A DNA stretch of 45,336 nucleotides from an uncultured Hydromonas sp. (GTDB taxonomy: Bacteria > Pseudomonadota > Gammaproteobacteria > Burkholderiales > Burkholderiaceae), in the NCBI GenBank assembly GCA_964481695.1, contig CAYZVI010000001.1, forward strand, positions 1 through 45,336, given 5' to 3'. This document shows positions 17,720 through 26,541 of this stretch, in pieces. Positions within the stretch are counted from its first letter, which is position 1; each line of letters starts with the position of its first letter. Below the pieces are notes generated by a model that saw only the letters and a list, made by a program, of their open reading frames with translations, was not told the DNA's origin and did not search any database. The position numbers and the translations under genes are program-made.

Positions 17720-19530
17720 TATGCGTTCCCCAGATGAAAGTGTTGGCGAATTTTCGCTTTAAAGCGTTTGACCACTTGTAATGCGTCTTTGAGCAAATCG
17801 CGCTCAAGTGTACTCATATTGGTGGTGTCCAGTTCGTTTAAATCTTTGTCATGAGCGCCGAGACTGAGGGCTTCCAAGCCGGATTTAAGGCGAATATCCA
17901 TCATGTAGCTGAGTGCTTCGCCAACGTCTTTAGCCAACGCCTCATCCAAAATGCCTTTATTAGATAACTGATGCAGACGGTCAAAGGTGTTGGATTCTTC
18001 CAGATGGGCTTCAAGGCTCAATGCGCGTGTGCCATGCACCACAGGGAAAATCCCCATTTTTTTGATGTCCATGTGTGCAGCCTGTTCGCGGTTGAGTAGT
18101 TGAGAGAAAAAGCCAGTGCTGTGATGGTCGAACATTTCTACCGCACGGGCAAAGCCCATGAGCATACCGGCGTCGTTACTCATCAGTCGACCCAGATATT
18201 CTTGTGCTTCGGCCAGAAGCACTGTATTACCAGCGACAGATTTGGCATCAATGAAGATCGCTAAGTTCATCAGCGCATCAGGATTTGGGGTAGTACACCA
18301 TTGGTAAATCATTTCTTTGAACTGAGGCAATGGTTTACGCCATTCAGGGTTGTTCACCATAATGTTGCCTTTGCATGGTGGGTAGCCCAAACGGGTCAGG
18401 GTTTCGGAGAACCGATCGGCGGCGGCGCGTGCGGTTTCTAAATCAGCGCCTTCGCCTAAAATCAAGGCGTTGTCTTGATCCGTTTTGAGAATTTGTTCGC
18501 CGCGACCTTCGGAGCCCATCACAATCAAACAAGAGTTTTCGTAGAGTTCGGTCGGCGCGATCAGGCGCCATGCTTTTTCAAACAGGCTGGTGTTCAATAC
18601 CTGCATCAATTGTGCCAATTGCGGCGCACGCACGCCACTGCTGTGCAGCGTTTGAATCGAGCGTGTCATTTGCTCGGCGATATCAACTAAGTCATCTACA
18701 CTGTTGGCTTTATCCAAGCGCTGCGCCACCAAATGAGAGTGATTGGAGAAGTAGGCCAATACGTCAATTTGCTCCAATGCACCAATCGGCTTGCCTTTTT
18801 CGGTTACCACCACACGCTGAATTTTGAACTGGGTCATGCGCAGCAGGGCATTAAATACATAGTCGTCAATGTCAATGGAGATCAGTGCGAATTGCGTCCA
18901 TTTGTGCAGCTCGTCGCTGGTGGGCGCACCGGCAATGACAATGTCGCGGAAGGCCGATTCGGTAAACAGACCAATTTGCGCACCATGCTCAATCAAGATG
19001 GATTTGGTTTTATTCTGCTTCATGGATTGGGCTGCTTGTAAAACCGTATTTGTGCCTTGCAACCACGTTGCATTATGGCGGTAAGCATCTCTTACGCGAG
19101 CGGTAATTAGGCTTTCCATCTCTTGCGTGTTTTTGTTGCGTGCCATACTGGAGAGTTTATCGGCGACGCTGGCGTAGAAATACGCACCGAAGCGCGGGTT
19201 GGACTCCATCAGTTCGGTAATCGTTGCTTTCGGGATGGTGTAGACCAGCGCCTGCTCTTGCACGATGAAGCGATGAGCGCTCTGACCCTCAACCAAAGCG
19301 CGAGCCTCAAAGGTGTCACGTGCGTGGTATAAACCAACGACTTCATCGCCGATACTGACTTCGCGTACCAAGCCTTTGATGATCACATACAAGAACTCAA
19401 CCGGCTGATCCGCTTCGATAATCACGTCTTCATCATTGAAAAATGCAATATCCACAGCAGATTGCAATTTGGCGCGTTCGGCGCCGTTTAAAAATTCATA
19501 GGGGGGGAAATTAAAATCAAAGCGTTCCAT
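17719..19530 (-). CDS. cNMP-binding / CBS-pair / DUF294 nucleotidyltransferase sensor protein
   Basis: The N-terminus is a Crp-type barrel (FLYVIIKGLVREV...). This is followed by a CBS pair and a Pol-beta NTase core, LIVMGSEGRGEQILKTDQDNALIL. The block GYPPCKGNIMVNNPEWR and the helical C-terminus are typical of DUF294/DUF294_C as I recall them. Confidence 0.85.
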   Translation of the reverse strand: MERFDFNFPPYEFLNGAERAKLQSAVDIAFFNDEDVIIEADQPVEFLYVIIKGLVREVSIGDEVVGLYHARDTFEARALVEGQSAHRFIVQEQALVYTIPKATITELMESNPRFGAYFYASVADKLSSMARNKNTQEMESLITARVRDAYRHNATWLQGTNTVLQAAQSMKQNKTKSILIEHGAQIGLFTESAFRDIVIAGAPTSDELHKWTQFALISIDIDDYVFNALLRMTQFKIQRVVVTEKGKPIGALEQIDVLAYFSNHSHLVAQRLDKANSVDDLVDIAEQMTRSIQTLHSSGVRAPQLAQLMQVLNTSLFEKAWRLIAPTELYENSCLIVMGSEGRGEQILKTDQDNALILGEGADLETARAAADRFSETLTRLGYPPCKGNIMVNNPEWRKPLPQFKEMIYQWCTTPNPDALMNLAIFIDAKSVAGNTVLLAEAQEYLGRLMSNDAGMLMGFARAVEMFDHHSTGFFSQLLNREQAAHMDIKKMGIFPVVHGTRALSLEAHLEESNTFDRLHQLSNKGILDEALAKDVGEALSYMMDIRLKSGLEALSLGAHDKDLNELDTTNMSTLERDLLKDALQVVKRFKAKIRQHFHLGNA

Positions 19531-19719
19531 GAGGTCTCCGAGTTGAGTATTACATGAGTCTGATCAAATTGTTGCGTGATAAAGCTGAAAGTTGTGCATA
19601 TTGTGACAACTCAATACAATTATTCTCGCACAAAGCCACATAAAATATAAGGGGATTGTGATACATACTTGGTTGTATGCAACGAGTAAAGTCAGAAAAT
19701 ACTCAGTGGAGAAAAGAAA

Positions 19720-20640
19720 TTACGCTGAAAACAGCAGTACTGCTGTCAAAAGAATACCGTGAAGCAACGAGGCGAGAATGGTCAGGCGAATTGCTTTGGA
19801 TAATCGTGAAGGCTCGTGCGCGTGATGCCACAGTTCAGCAAATGCTAATCCATTCAGTACGGTAGGCAACACAGACAGCAAAGATAAGCTCGGTAAACGA
19901 TGCCACGCCACCATAGCTACGATCCAAGCATAGCCGAACAGCATCAGAAGCAAGTAACCCCAGCGGGCGTTGAGCAGTCCGAAACGTACCACCACCGTAT
20001 GTTTATGAGCCAATTCATCCGCTCGAATATCGGGAAACTGATTGATATAAAGAATATTGGCGATGAGAAAACTAAAGCCCAAACCTGTGATGATGGGCGT
20101 TGCAGAGTAGCTGTGACGCTGAACAAAATACGTACCGACAATGACCATCAGCCAGCCAATAATGATACCAATCTCGCCCAAACCACGGCTTTGTAATTTA
20201 AATGGCGGCGCTGAGTAAGCCCATGCACAAAATAGCCCGATGAGGCCAATCACAATGAGCCCAGAGCCACTGTAATAGGTCAACCATAGCCCTACCGGAA
20301 TAACGCTGGCTAGTAACACATAGCCAAAAATGCCGATAGTATTTTGACTAAAGACACCATTTTGAATCATGCGAGAGCCACCGGTGAAGGGGGTAATCCG
20401 ATCCGATTCGGCAAAATCGCAGCCATTGAGCGCATCATAATAGTCATTGACGACATTGCCCCCAGCATGTGCGACTAAGGCAAAAATTAATGTGAACACA
20501 GCGCTGGTTAAATTTAAATCCCCACCATCCCAAACCACCGATGCAAACCCCAAAAATACCGCAGCCAAAGTAACACTTAAAAAAGCTGGGCGAGTGGCAA
20601 AAAGCAGATCGGCAAGAAGACTTTTGGATAATTTCGGCAT
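19720..20640 (-). CDS. UbiA-superfamily prenyltransferase, MenA-like
   Basis: About 9 TM helices are predicted. The first Asp-rich motif is NVVNDYYDALNGCD and the second is NQFPDIRADELAHKHTVVVRFG, as in MenA. I prefer ATG 20640 (MPKLSKS) over the track start 20718, which would overlap nhaD by 76 nt. Confidence 0.8.
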   Translation of the reverse strand: MPKLSKSLLADLLFATRPAFLSVTLAAVFLGFASVVWDGGDLNLTSAVFTLIFALVAHAGGNVVNDYYDALNGCDFAESDRITPFTGGSRMIQNGVFSQNTIGIFGYVLLASVIPVGLWLTYYSGSGLIVIGLIGLFCAWAYSAPPFKLQSRGLGEIGIIIGWLMVIVGTYFVQRHSYSATPIITGLGFSFLIANILYINQFPDIRADELAHKHTVVVRFGLLNARWGYLLLMLFGYAWIVAMVAWHRLPSLSLLSVLPTVLNGLAFAELWHHAHEPSRLSKAIRLTILASLLHGILLTAVLLFSA

Positions 20641-20642
20641 GA

Positions 20643-21980
20643 TTAAAACCAACCGATAATTATAAATTGAATGTACCAAATAATGAGTGATACAAAATAC
20701 CCCAAGAGTATGGTCCAAGCATACTTCATATGTGAGTTGAAGGTATAAATCCCACGCATTTTACCCATTACACCGACACCAGCAGCGCTGCCAAAACTGA
20801 CTAATGAACCACCAATCCCAGCTGTAAGCGTGACTAACATCCATTGAGCCAAATCAATATTTGGATTTGCTTTGAGTACTGCGGACATAACAGGAACATT
20901 ATCAACGATAGCAGATAGAAATCCGACGCCAACATTAACCCAGGTTGGGTTGGTTAGTTCGTAAAACTTTGAGGCATATGTTAGAAATCCAGCAAAATGT
21001 AAAGCACCAACTGCAGCCAGAATACCAAAGAAAAATATCAAAGTATTGTTTTCAATGCGACTCATCATTTTAAAAATATTCGTTTCCTGCCCATAGCGAC
21101 TCTTTAAGATGTAAAAGTGTAATTGCAGTAAAGATAAGCCAAATAACATGCCCCACATTGGCGGTAAGTGCAGTATTTGTTTACCCACAACAGCGAATAT
21201 AAGGGTCAGTGCCCCAAAAAAAATGACCATTTTCCCTCCTTTGAGCACTTGGGTTTTTTCGGCTAATTCCGAATCTCCTTCACCGAGAGGATCTAATTTT
21301 GGGATAAATCGACTGAGCAAAAAAGCGGTGGTTAACCAACCCAAAAAGGCAGCAGGAAATAAAAACAAAAAATCCACAAATTGCCCTTTACCCGCTGTCC
21401 ATACCATCAACGTGGTGATATCACCAAAAGGACTCCAAGCGCCTCCCGCATTTGCTGCGACGACTACATTGATACCACTTGGGATGAGAAAGGCTTGATT
21501 TTTACGATCAATGGTAAGTAAAACGGTTGATAAAATTAAGGCTGTAGTTAGGTTGTCCGCTACTGGAGAGATAAAAAAGGATAAAAACCCTGTAATCCAA
21601 AATAATTGAGGGTAGCTATATCCTTTGGCGATCAATTTGGTTCGGAGCGCGCGAAATACACCCCTTTCGATTAAAGCTTCAATGTAGGTCATTGCCACAT
21701 AGAGGAAAAAGAATATTTCTGCAATTTCCAAAATCATGTGATCAACTGCATTTTCGAGAGAGGTCAGATCATATCCACGAATAACGTAGTAAATAGCAAT
21801 CAATATGAACATTAATGTACCGATGAACAAAGCTGATTTTGCCTTATCAATATGATAGCGATCTTCGGTAGCAATGAAATAATAACCAAGGATGAAGATT
21901 AGCAATAAAAACCAGCCAAAAGGCTGGTCGACTAAGCTAACAGTCATGTTGCCTGGGTTAGTCAAAGAAAATGAGCTCAT
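20643..21980 (-). CDS. nhaD: Na+/H+ antiporter, NhaD family (ArsB/NhaD permease superfamily)
   Basis: A 445-aa polytopic ORF has an N-terminal region (YYFIATEDRYHIDKAKSALF) and an overall pattern like NhaD antiporters. Confidence 0.82.
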   Translation of the reverse strand: MSSFSLTNPGNMTVSLVDQPFGWFLLLIFILGYYFIATEDRYHIDKAKSALFIGTLMFILIAIYYVIRGYDLTSLENAVDHMILEIAEIFFFLYVAMTYIEALIERGVFRALRTKLIAKGYSYPQLFWITGFLSFFISPVADNLTTALILSTVLLTIDRKNQAFLIPSGINVVVAANAGGAWSPFGDITTLMVWTAGKGQFVDFLFLFPAAFLGWLTTAFLLSRFIPKLDPLGEGDSELAEKTQVLKGGKMVIFFGALTLIFAVVGKQILHLPPMWGMLFGLSLLQLHFYILKSRYGQETNIFKMMSRIENNTLIFFFGILAAVGALHFAGFLTYASKFYELTNPTWVNVGVGFLSAIVDNVPVMSAVLKANPNIDLAQWMLVTLTAGIGGSLVSFGSAAGVGVMGKMRGIYTFNSHMKYAWTILLGYFVSLIIWYIQFIIIGWF

Positions 21981-22043
21981 AATAAAAATGCAGCAATTGA
22001 TGTTTTAAATGAATGGTAGGTGAAGATCTTTTTTAAATACAGC

Positions 22044-22715
22044 TTAATCTTCTTGCATTCGTTTAAAAACCATTTGAGACTGTTGTTGCAAATCTTCTTG
22101 ATTAGACACCTCAAGTCCCAGCGAATGAAGCAAACCGTCATTTAAATCATAAACCCATCCGTGAATGGTGACTGATTGACCACGAGCCCATGCATCTTGG
22201 ATGATTGTGGTCTGAACCGCGCTAAAAATTTGATCAATCACATTGAGCTCACACAATCGATCAAGTTGAGCTTTTTCTGTATCAGCTTTACTTAGTAATA
22301 AGCTGTATTTGGTCTTGGTATCATGAATATGACGCAGCCAATTATCAACCAAACCAACGCGACGATTTTGAAATACTGCCGCGACACCACCACATCCATA
22401 ATGACCGCAAATAATCACGTGTTTAACTTTAAGTACATCGACCGCATACTGTAATACCGAAAGACAATTCAAATCGCTGTGTACCAGCAGGTTGGCAATA
22501 TTCCGATGAACAAAAACTTCGCCTGGCTTAAGACCAATCAACTCATTGGCAGGAACCCTAGAATCTGCACAACCAATCCATAGGTATTCGGGATTTTGCT
22601 GCTCAGCCAAATTTTTAAAAAAAGTCGGCTCTTGATGGGTGATGCGTTGTGCCCAACGTCGATTATTCTCAAATAAATGGGACAGAATGTTATCGGTTTG
22701 AAGGGGTTTACTCAT
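22044..22715 (-). CDS. can: Beta-class carbonic anhydrase
   Basis: WIGCADSRVP, FVHRNIANLV, CGHYGCGGV and TIHGWVY are near-collinear with E. coli Can. Confidence 0.95.
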   Translation of the reverse strand: MSKPLQTDNILSHLFENNRRWAQRITHQEPTFFKNLAEQQNPEYLWIGCADSRVPANELIGLKPGEVFVHRNIANLLVHSDLNCLSVLQYAVDVLKVKHVIICGHYGCGGVAAVFQNRRVGLVDNWLRHIHDTKTKYSLLLSKADTEKAQLDRLCELNVIDQIFSAVQTTIIQDAWARGQSVTIHGWVYDLNDGLLHSLGLEVSNQEDLQQQSQMVFKRMQED

Positions 22716-22739
22716 AGACGATGGCCTCTTTAGAATGAT

Positions 22740-24233
22740 TTAACGACGCTTGCTACCGAAAAGACTGCCGAGAATGCCGCGGGTGATTTCGCGGCCAATG
22801 TTGGAGCTGGCAGCACGTATCATGCTTTTGGCAGCGGATTCGAGCAGGGTATCGTTTCGTGATGATGATTTTTTCTTCTTGTCATCTGCGCCGAAAATAT
22901 TGCCGAAAAAGCCGCCTTCGTCCTCTTTTTGTGCTTCTTCCGCTGCTTTGGCGGTTTCTTCCGCGCGCGCTTGTAATTTCTCATAGGCTGATTCGGAGTC
23001 AACCGTTTGTTCATACACATTGGCGACGACGGATTGGCGAACCAGTTGTTGTTGCTCTTGGGATGAGGCAGGGCCTAAGCGTGAAGCCGGCGGAATCATG
23101 AATACCCGCTGCGTCACATTCGGTCGACCTTTTTCATCCAGCGTGGACACCAGTGCCTCCCCGACCCCCAGCTCGGTAATGACGGTGGCGATGTCCAACT
23201 CGGGATTCTCGCGCATGGTGGTCGCCGCGACGTTGACCGCTTTTTGATCGCGCGGGGTGAAAGCACGCAGGGCGTGCTGTACGCGGTTACCCAATTGCCC
23301 TAAAACCGTGTCAGGAATGTCGATCGGGTTTTGTGTGACGAAGTATACGCCCACGCCTTTGGAACGGATCAGACGCACGACTTGCTCGATTTTCTCCAGC
23401 AATACTTTGGGTGCGTCGGCGAACAATAAATGCGCTTCGTCGAAGAAGAACGCAAATTTTGGCTTGTCCACGTCACCGACCTCCGGCAGACGCTCGAACA
23501 GCTCGGACAGCATCCACAGCAAAAATGCGCCGTACAGACGGGGTGATTGCATCAGTTTGTCGGCGGAGAGGATATTTACCACGCCTTTGCCGGACACGGT
23601 TTGCATCATGTCGTCAATATTGAGCATGGGTTCGCCAAAGAATTGATCGCCGCCTTGGCTCTCAAGGGTCAACAAACCACGCTGAATCGCGCCGATGGAG
23701 GCAGCAGAAACGTTGCCATAATCGGTGGTGAACTGTTTCGCATTATCGCCGACAAATTGCAGCATACTGCGCAGGTCTTTCAAATCCAGCAGTAATAATT
23801 GATTGTCATCGGCGATTTTGAATACCATGGTCAATACGCCCGTTTGCGTGTCGTTCAGATCGAGCATGCGCGAGAGCAGCAGTGGTCCCATATCGGAAAT
23901 GGTCGCACGCACCGGATGACCTTTTTCACCAAATACGTCCCACAGTGTGGTTGGTGCACCGGCCCAAGTCGCCTCGGCCAAGCCTAAATCATGCAGACGG
24001 CTTTTGACTTTTTCATTATCGCCACCGGCTTGTGAAATACCGGTCAAATCGCCTTTTACGTCCGCCATAAACACCGGTGTGCCGATGTCGGAAAAATGCT
24101 GAGCCAATGCCTGCAAGCTCACAGTTTTACCCGTACCGGTCGCGCCGGTGATCAGGCCGTGGCGGTTACCCATTTGCGGTAGAAAAAAGACCTCTTGCGT
24201 AGATGATTTAGCGATGAGGATCGGCTCGGACAT
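22740..24233 (-). CDS. HerA-like P-loop ATPase, DUF853 (YjgR family)
   Basis: Walker A is GATGTGKT and Walker B is [10 protein letters not shown]. The basic, disordered C-terminal tail is typical of YjgR-type proteins. Confidence 0.9.
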   Translation of the reverse strand: MSEPILIAKSSTQEVFFLPQMGNRHGLITGATGTGKTVSLQALAQHFSDIGTPVFMADVKGDLTGISQAGGDNEKVKSRLHDLGLAEATWAGAPTTLWDVFGEKGHPVRATISDMGPLLLSRMLDLNDTQTGVLTMVFKIADDNQLLLLDLKDLRSMLQFVGDNAKQFTTDYGNVSAASIGAIQRGLLTLESQGGDQFFGEPMLNIDDMMQTVSGKGVVNILSADKLMQSPRLYGAFLLWMLSELFERLPEVGDVDKPKFAFFFDEAHLLFADAPKVLLEKIEQVVRLIRSKGVGVYFVTQNPIDIPDTVLGQLGNRVQHALRAFTPRDQKAVNVAATTMRENPELDIATVITELGVGEALVSTLDEKGRPNVTQRVFMIPPASRLGPASSQEQQQLVRQSVVANVYEQTVDSESAYEKLQARAEETAKAAEEAQKEDEGGFFGNIFGADDKKKKSSSRNDTLLESAAKSMIRAASSNIGREITRGILGSLFGSKRR

Positions 24234-24448
24234 AATGTGTGCTCCTGTCAGGATTTCGGTCGTATGGAATTATGATGTACAGTCGCGGGGCATTGGGTTT
24301 TGCAGCGCGGCTGTGATAAAATCGCACAAATTATAAACCAAGGCAGGGTTTCGCGGGGGATATGCACTCAGACCAACCGCAATTTAAATAAGGCCTGCCT
24401 TAACTCAATGAAATCAAAAGCAATTTCAGCAATTTACAAAGGAACATC

Positions 24449-25177
24449 ATGGCTGGACACAGTAAATGGGCGAATATCAAACACAAAAAAGCACGTGCTG
24501 ACGCCACGCGCGGTAAAGTCTGGACGCGTGTGATCAAAGAATTGCAGGTCGCGGCCAAAGCCGGTGGCGGTGATGTAACGGCGAATCCGCGCTTGCGTCT
24601 GGCGATTGACAAAGCCAAGGCGGCAAACATGCCCAATGACAACATCAAACGCGCGATTGACCGCGGTGTAGGCGGTGGCGACGGCGCGGATTACGAAGAA
24701 ATCCGCTACGAAGGCTACGGCATCGGTGGGGCGGCGGTGATTATCGACACCATGACCGACAACCGCACGCGTACGGTGGCGGAGGTACGTCATGCTTTGT
24801 CTAAGCACGGTGGTAATTTAGGGACAGATGGTTCGGTCGCGTTCATGTTTGACCATGTGGGGCAATTTCTATTCGCGCCGGGTGTGTCCGAGGACGAGGT
24901 GATGAACGTTGCGCTGGAAAATGGTGCGCAAGACGTGATTACCGACGAAGAAGGCGGCGTGGAAGTGATTTGCGATCCGGCGGACTACGAAACCTTGAAA
25001 AATGCGATTGAAGCCGCCAATTTAAGTTTTGAAGAGTCGGGCATTACCATGCGCGCGCAAAATGAAATCGAATTGACCGGTGACGATGCAGTACGCATGC
25101 AAAAAATCCTCGATATGCTGGAGGATCTGGACGACGTTCAGGAGGTGTATACCAACGCTGTGATGGATGTAGAATAA
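24449..25177 (+). CDS. yebC: YebC/PmpR family DNA-binding regulator
   Basis: [15 protein letters not shown] is an invariant N-terminus, and the 242-aa length fits. Confidence 0.95.
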   Translation: MAGHSKWANIKHKKARADATRGKVWTRVIKELQVAAKAGGGDVTANPRLRLAIDKAKAANMPNDNIKRAIDRGVGGGDGADYEEIRYEGYGIGGAAVIIDTMTDNRTRTVAEVRHALSKHGGNLGTDGSVAFMFDHVGQFLFAPGVSEDEVMNVALENGAQDVITDEEGGVEVICDPADYETLKNAIEAANLSFEESGITMRAQNEIELTGDDAVRMQKILDMLEDLDDVQEVYTNAVMDVE

Positions 25178-25270
25178 TTTAACTAAATTGTTAAATACTT
25201 GTCATCCGCTACGGCACATGAGTTGTTAATGCCCGCGTCCGCATGAGCGGGGTTTTGCTAAAAGGAGCAA

Positions 25271-25609
25271 ATGATGAGTGCATTCAAAGATTTATTACAG
25301 CAGGCCGAAGTGTTGCTGCGTCAGGCAACCAATGGTTCGCAAGAGCAGGCGACTGATTTGCGTAAAAACGCCGAAGAGCTGTTGGAAAAAGTGCGAGCCA
25401 GCAGCCAAACGCTGCAAGAAGAGGCCGTAGATAAAGCCAAACAGGTGGGCGACGCGACGCAAAACTACGTCAAGGAAAACCCGTGGAAAGCCGTCGGCAT
25501 TGCCGCGAGCTTGGGCTTGATGATCGGTGCTTTGATGAGCAAAGACGGCGGCGATAAGCCGAAAGAGGATAGTGCTGTCATCGACGCAGAACCACCGAAA
25601 CTGACCTGA
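25271..25609 (+). CDS. DUF883 (ElaB/YqjD-like) tail-anchored membrane protein
   Basis: A helical N-part is followed by NPWKAVGIAASLGLMIGALM, a C-terminal TM anchor. Unusually, about 20 further charged residues follow. Confidence 0.8.
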   Translation: MMSAFKDLLQQAEVLLRQATNGSQEQATDLRKNAEELLEKVRASSQTLQEEAVDKAKQVGDATQNYVKENPWKAVGIAASLGLMIGALMSKDGGDKPKEDSAVIDAEPPKLT

Positions 25610-25626
25610 ATTGTTTAAAAAGCATT

Positions 25627-25653
25627 AAAAACGGCGCCATTGGCGCCGTTTTT
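25627..25653. terminator. Bidirectional terminator between the DUF883 gene and pyrF
   Basis: AAAAA CGGCGCC att GGCGCCG TTTTT. Confidence 0.85.
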
Positions 25654-25672
25654 AATGGGCGTATCTATATTT

Positions 25673-26506
25673 TTATTTACGCAGCGCGTTGATGGCCGCT
25701 TGAGTTTGACGGGCTATTTTTTTTGCGGCGTGCGCATAGTCTTCACCGGCGCTGGCATAGATAATGGCACGAGAGGAGTTGATGATGACGCCTGTGCCAT
25801 TTGCCGTTTGTCCCGCCTGCATGGTGGCAGCGAGATCGCCGCCTTGCGCGCCGATACCGGGAATCAGCAGCGGCATGTCGCCGACGATCTCACGTACTTG
25901 TGCGATTTCGTTCGGAAAGGTTGCGCCGACGACGAGGGCGCATTGGCCATTGCTATTCCATTCGTTGGCGACTTTGCGTGCAACGATTTGATACAGTGGT
26001 TGACCATCCACTGGGAGAAATTGTAAATCGCTACCGCCCGGATTCGAGGTTCGGCAGAGGATGACGACGCCTTTGTCGGAGTAGGCGAGATAAGGTTGTA
26101 CCGAGTCAAAACCCATATAAGGGTTAACGGTGACCGCATCCGCTTGGTAGCGCTCAAATGCTTCTATGGCGTATTGCTCGGCGGTTGAGCCGATATCGCC
26201 TCGCTTGGCATCGAGAATGATGGGAATATGCGGATATTTGGTTTTAGCGTAGCGAATAATATCTTCGAGTACGCTTTCCGCGCGATGAGCGGCAAAGTAG
26301 GCAATTTGCGGTTTGAATGAGCAGGCATGCTCTGCGGTAGCATCAATGATACCGACGCAAAACGTGTAAAAGGCTTGCTCTACAGGCAATCCGCGCAAAT
26401 GCGTTGGCAGTTTTTCTGGTGTTGGGTCAAGGCCTACGCAGAGTAAAGAGTTGTTCGTTTCCCATGCGTCGGAGAGTAGTTGCAAGAAAGTTTTTGTGTC
26501 GGTCAT
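25673..26506 (-). CDS. pyrF: Orotidine 5'-phosphate decarboxylase, type 2
   Basis: A 277-aa ORF shows [19 protein letters not shown] and TVNPYMG. Confidence 0.93.
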   Translation of the reverse strand: MTDTKTFLQLLSDAWETNNSLLCVGLDPTPEKLPTHLRGLPVEQAFYTFCVGIIDATAEHACSFKPQIAYFAAHRAESVLEDIIRYAKTKYPHIPIILDAKRGDIGSTAEQYAIEAFERYQADAVTVNPYMGFDSVQPYLAYSDKGVVILCRTSNPGGSDLQFLPVDGQPLYQIVARKVANEWNSNGQCALVVGATFPNEIAQVREIVGDMPLLIPGIGAQGGDLAATMQAGQTANGTGVIINSSRAIIYASAGEDYAHAAKKIARQTQAAINALRK

Positions 26507-26541
26507 GGTGGTTCTGCCGTGGTCTTAAAGTTATTATTTGA

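Noticed and set aside
19731-19746. A perfect 16-nt palindrome, ACAGCAGTACTGCTGT.
   Set aside because: It lies inside the last codons of the prenyltransferase CDS (..LTAVLL..), has no loop or U-run, and is probably coincidental to the Leu/Ala/Val-rich TM coding.
20641-20718. A 26-codon N-terminal extension of the prenyltransferase.
   Set aside because: It would overlap the 3' end of nhaD by 76 nt. The internal ATG 20640 (MPKLSKS) lies 2 nt after the nhaD stop and immediately precedes the first TM helix.
20643-22715. An apparent AT-richer composition of can and nhaD, suggesting horizontal acquisition.
   Set aside because: Hand counts of 60-nt lines ranged from 33 to 55 % GC within these genes. 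They overlap the values seen in eptA and the PlpD-like gene. This is not robust without a proper sliding-window or codon-usage calculation.
24340-24401. An inverted repeat, AAGGCAGG ... CCTGCCTT, in the DUF853/yebC divergent region.
   Set aside because: The 8-bp arms are separated by a 46-nt loop with no flanking U-run, which is too weak to call a structure or an operator.
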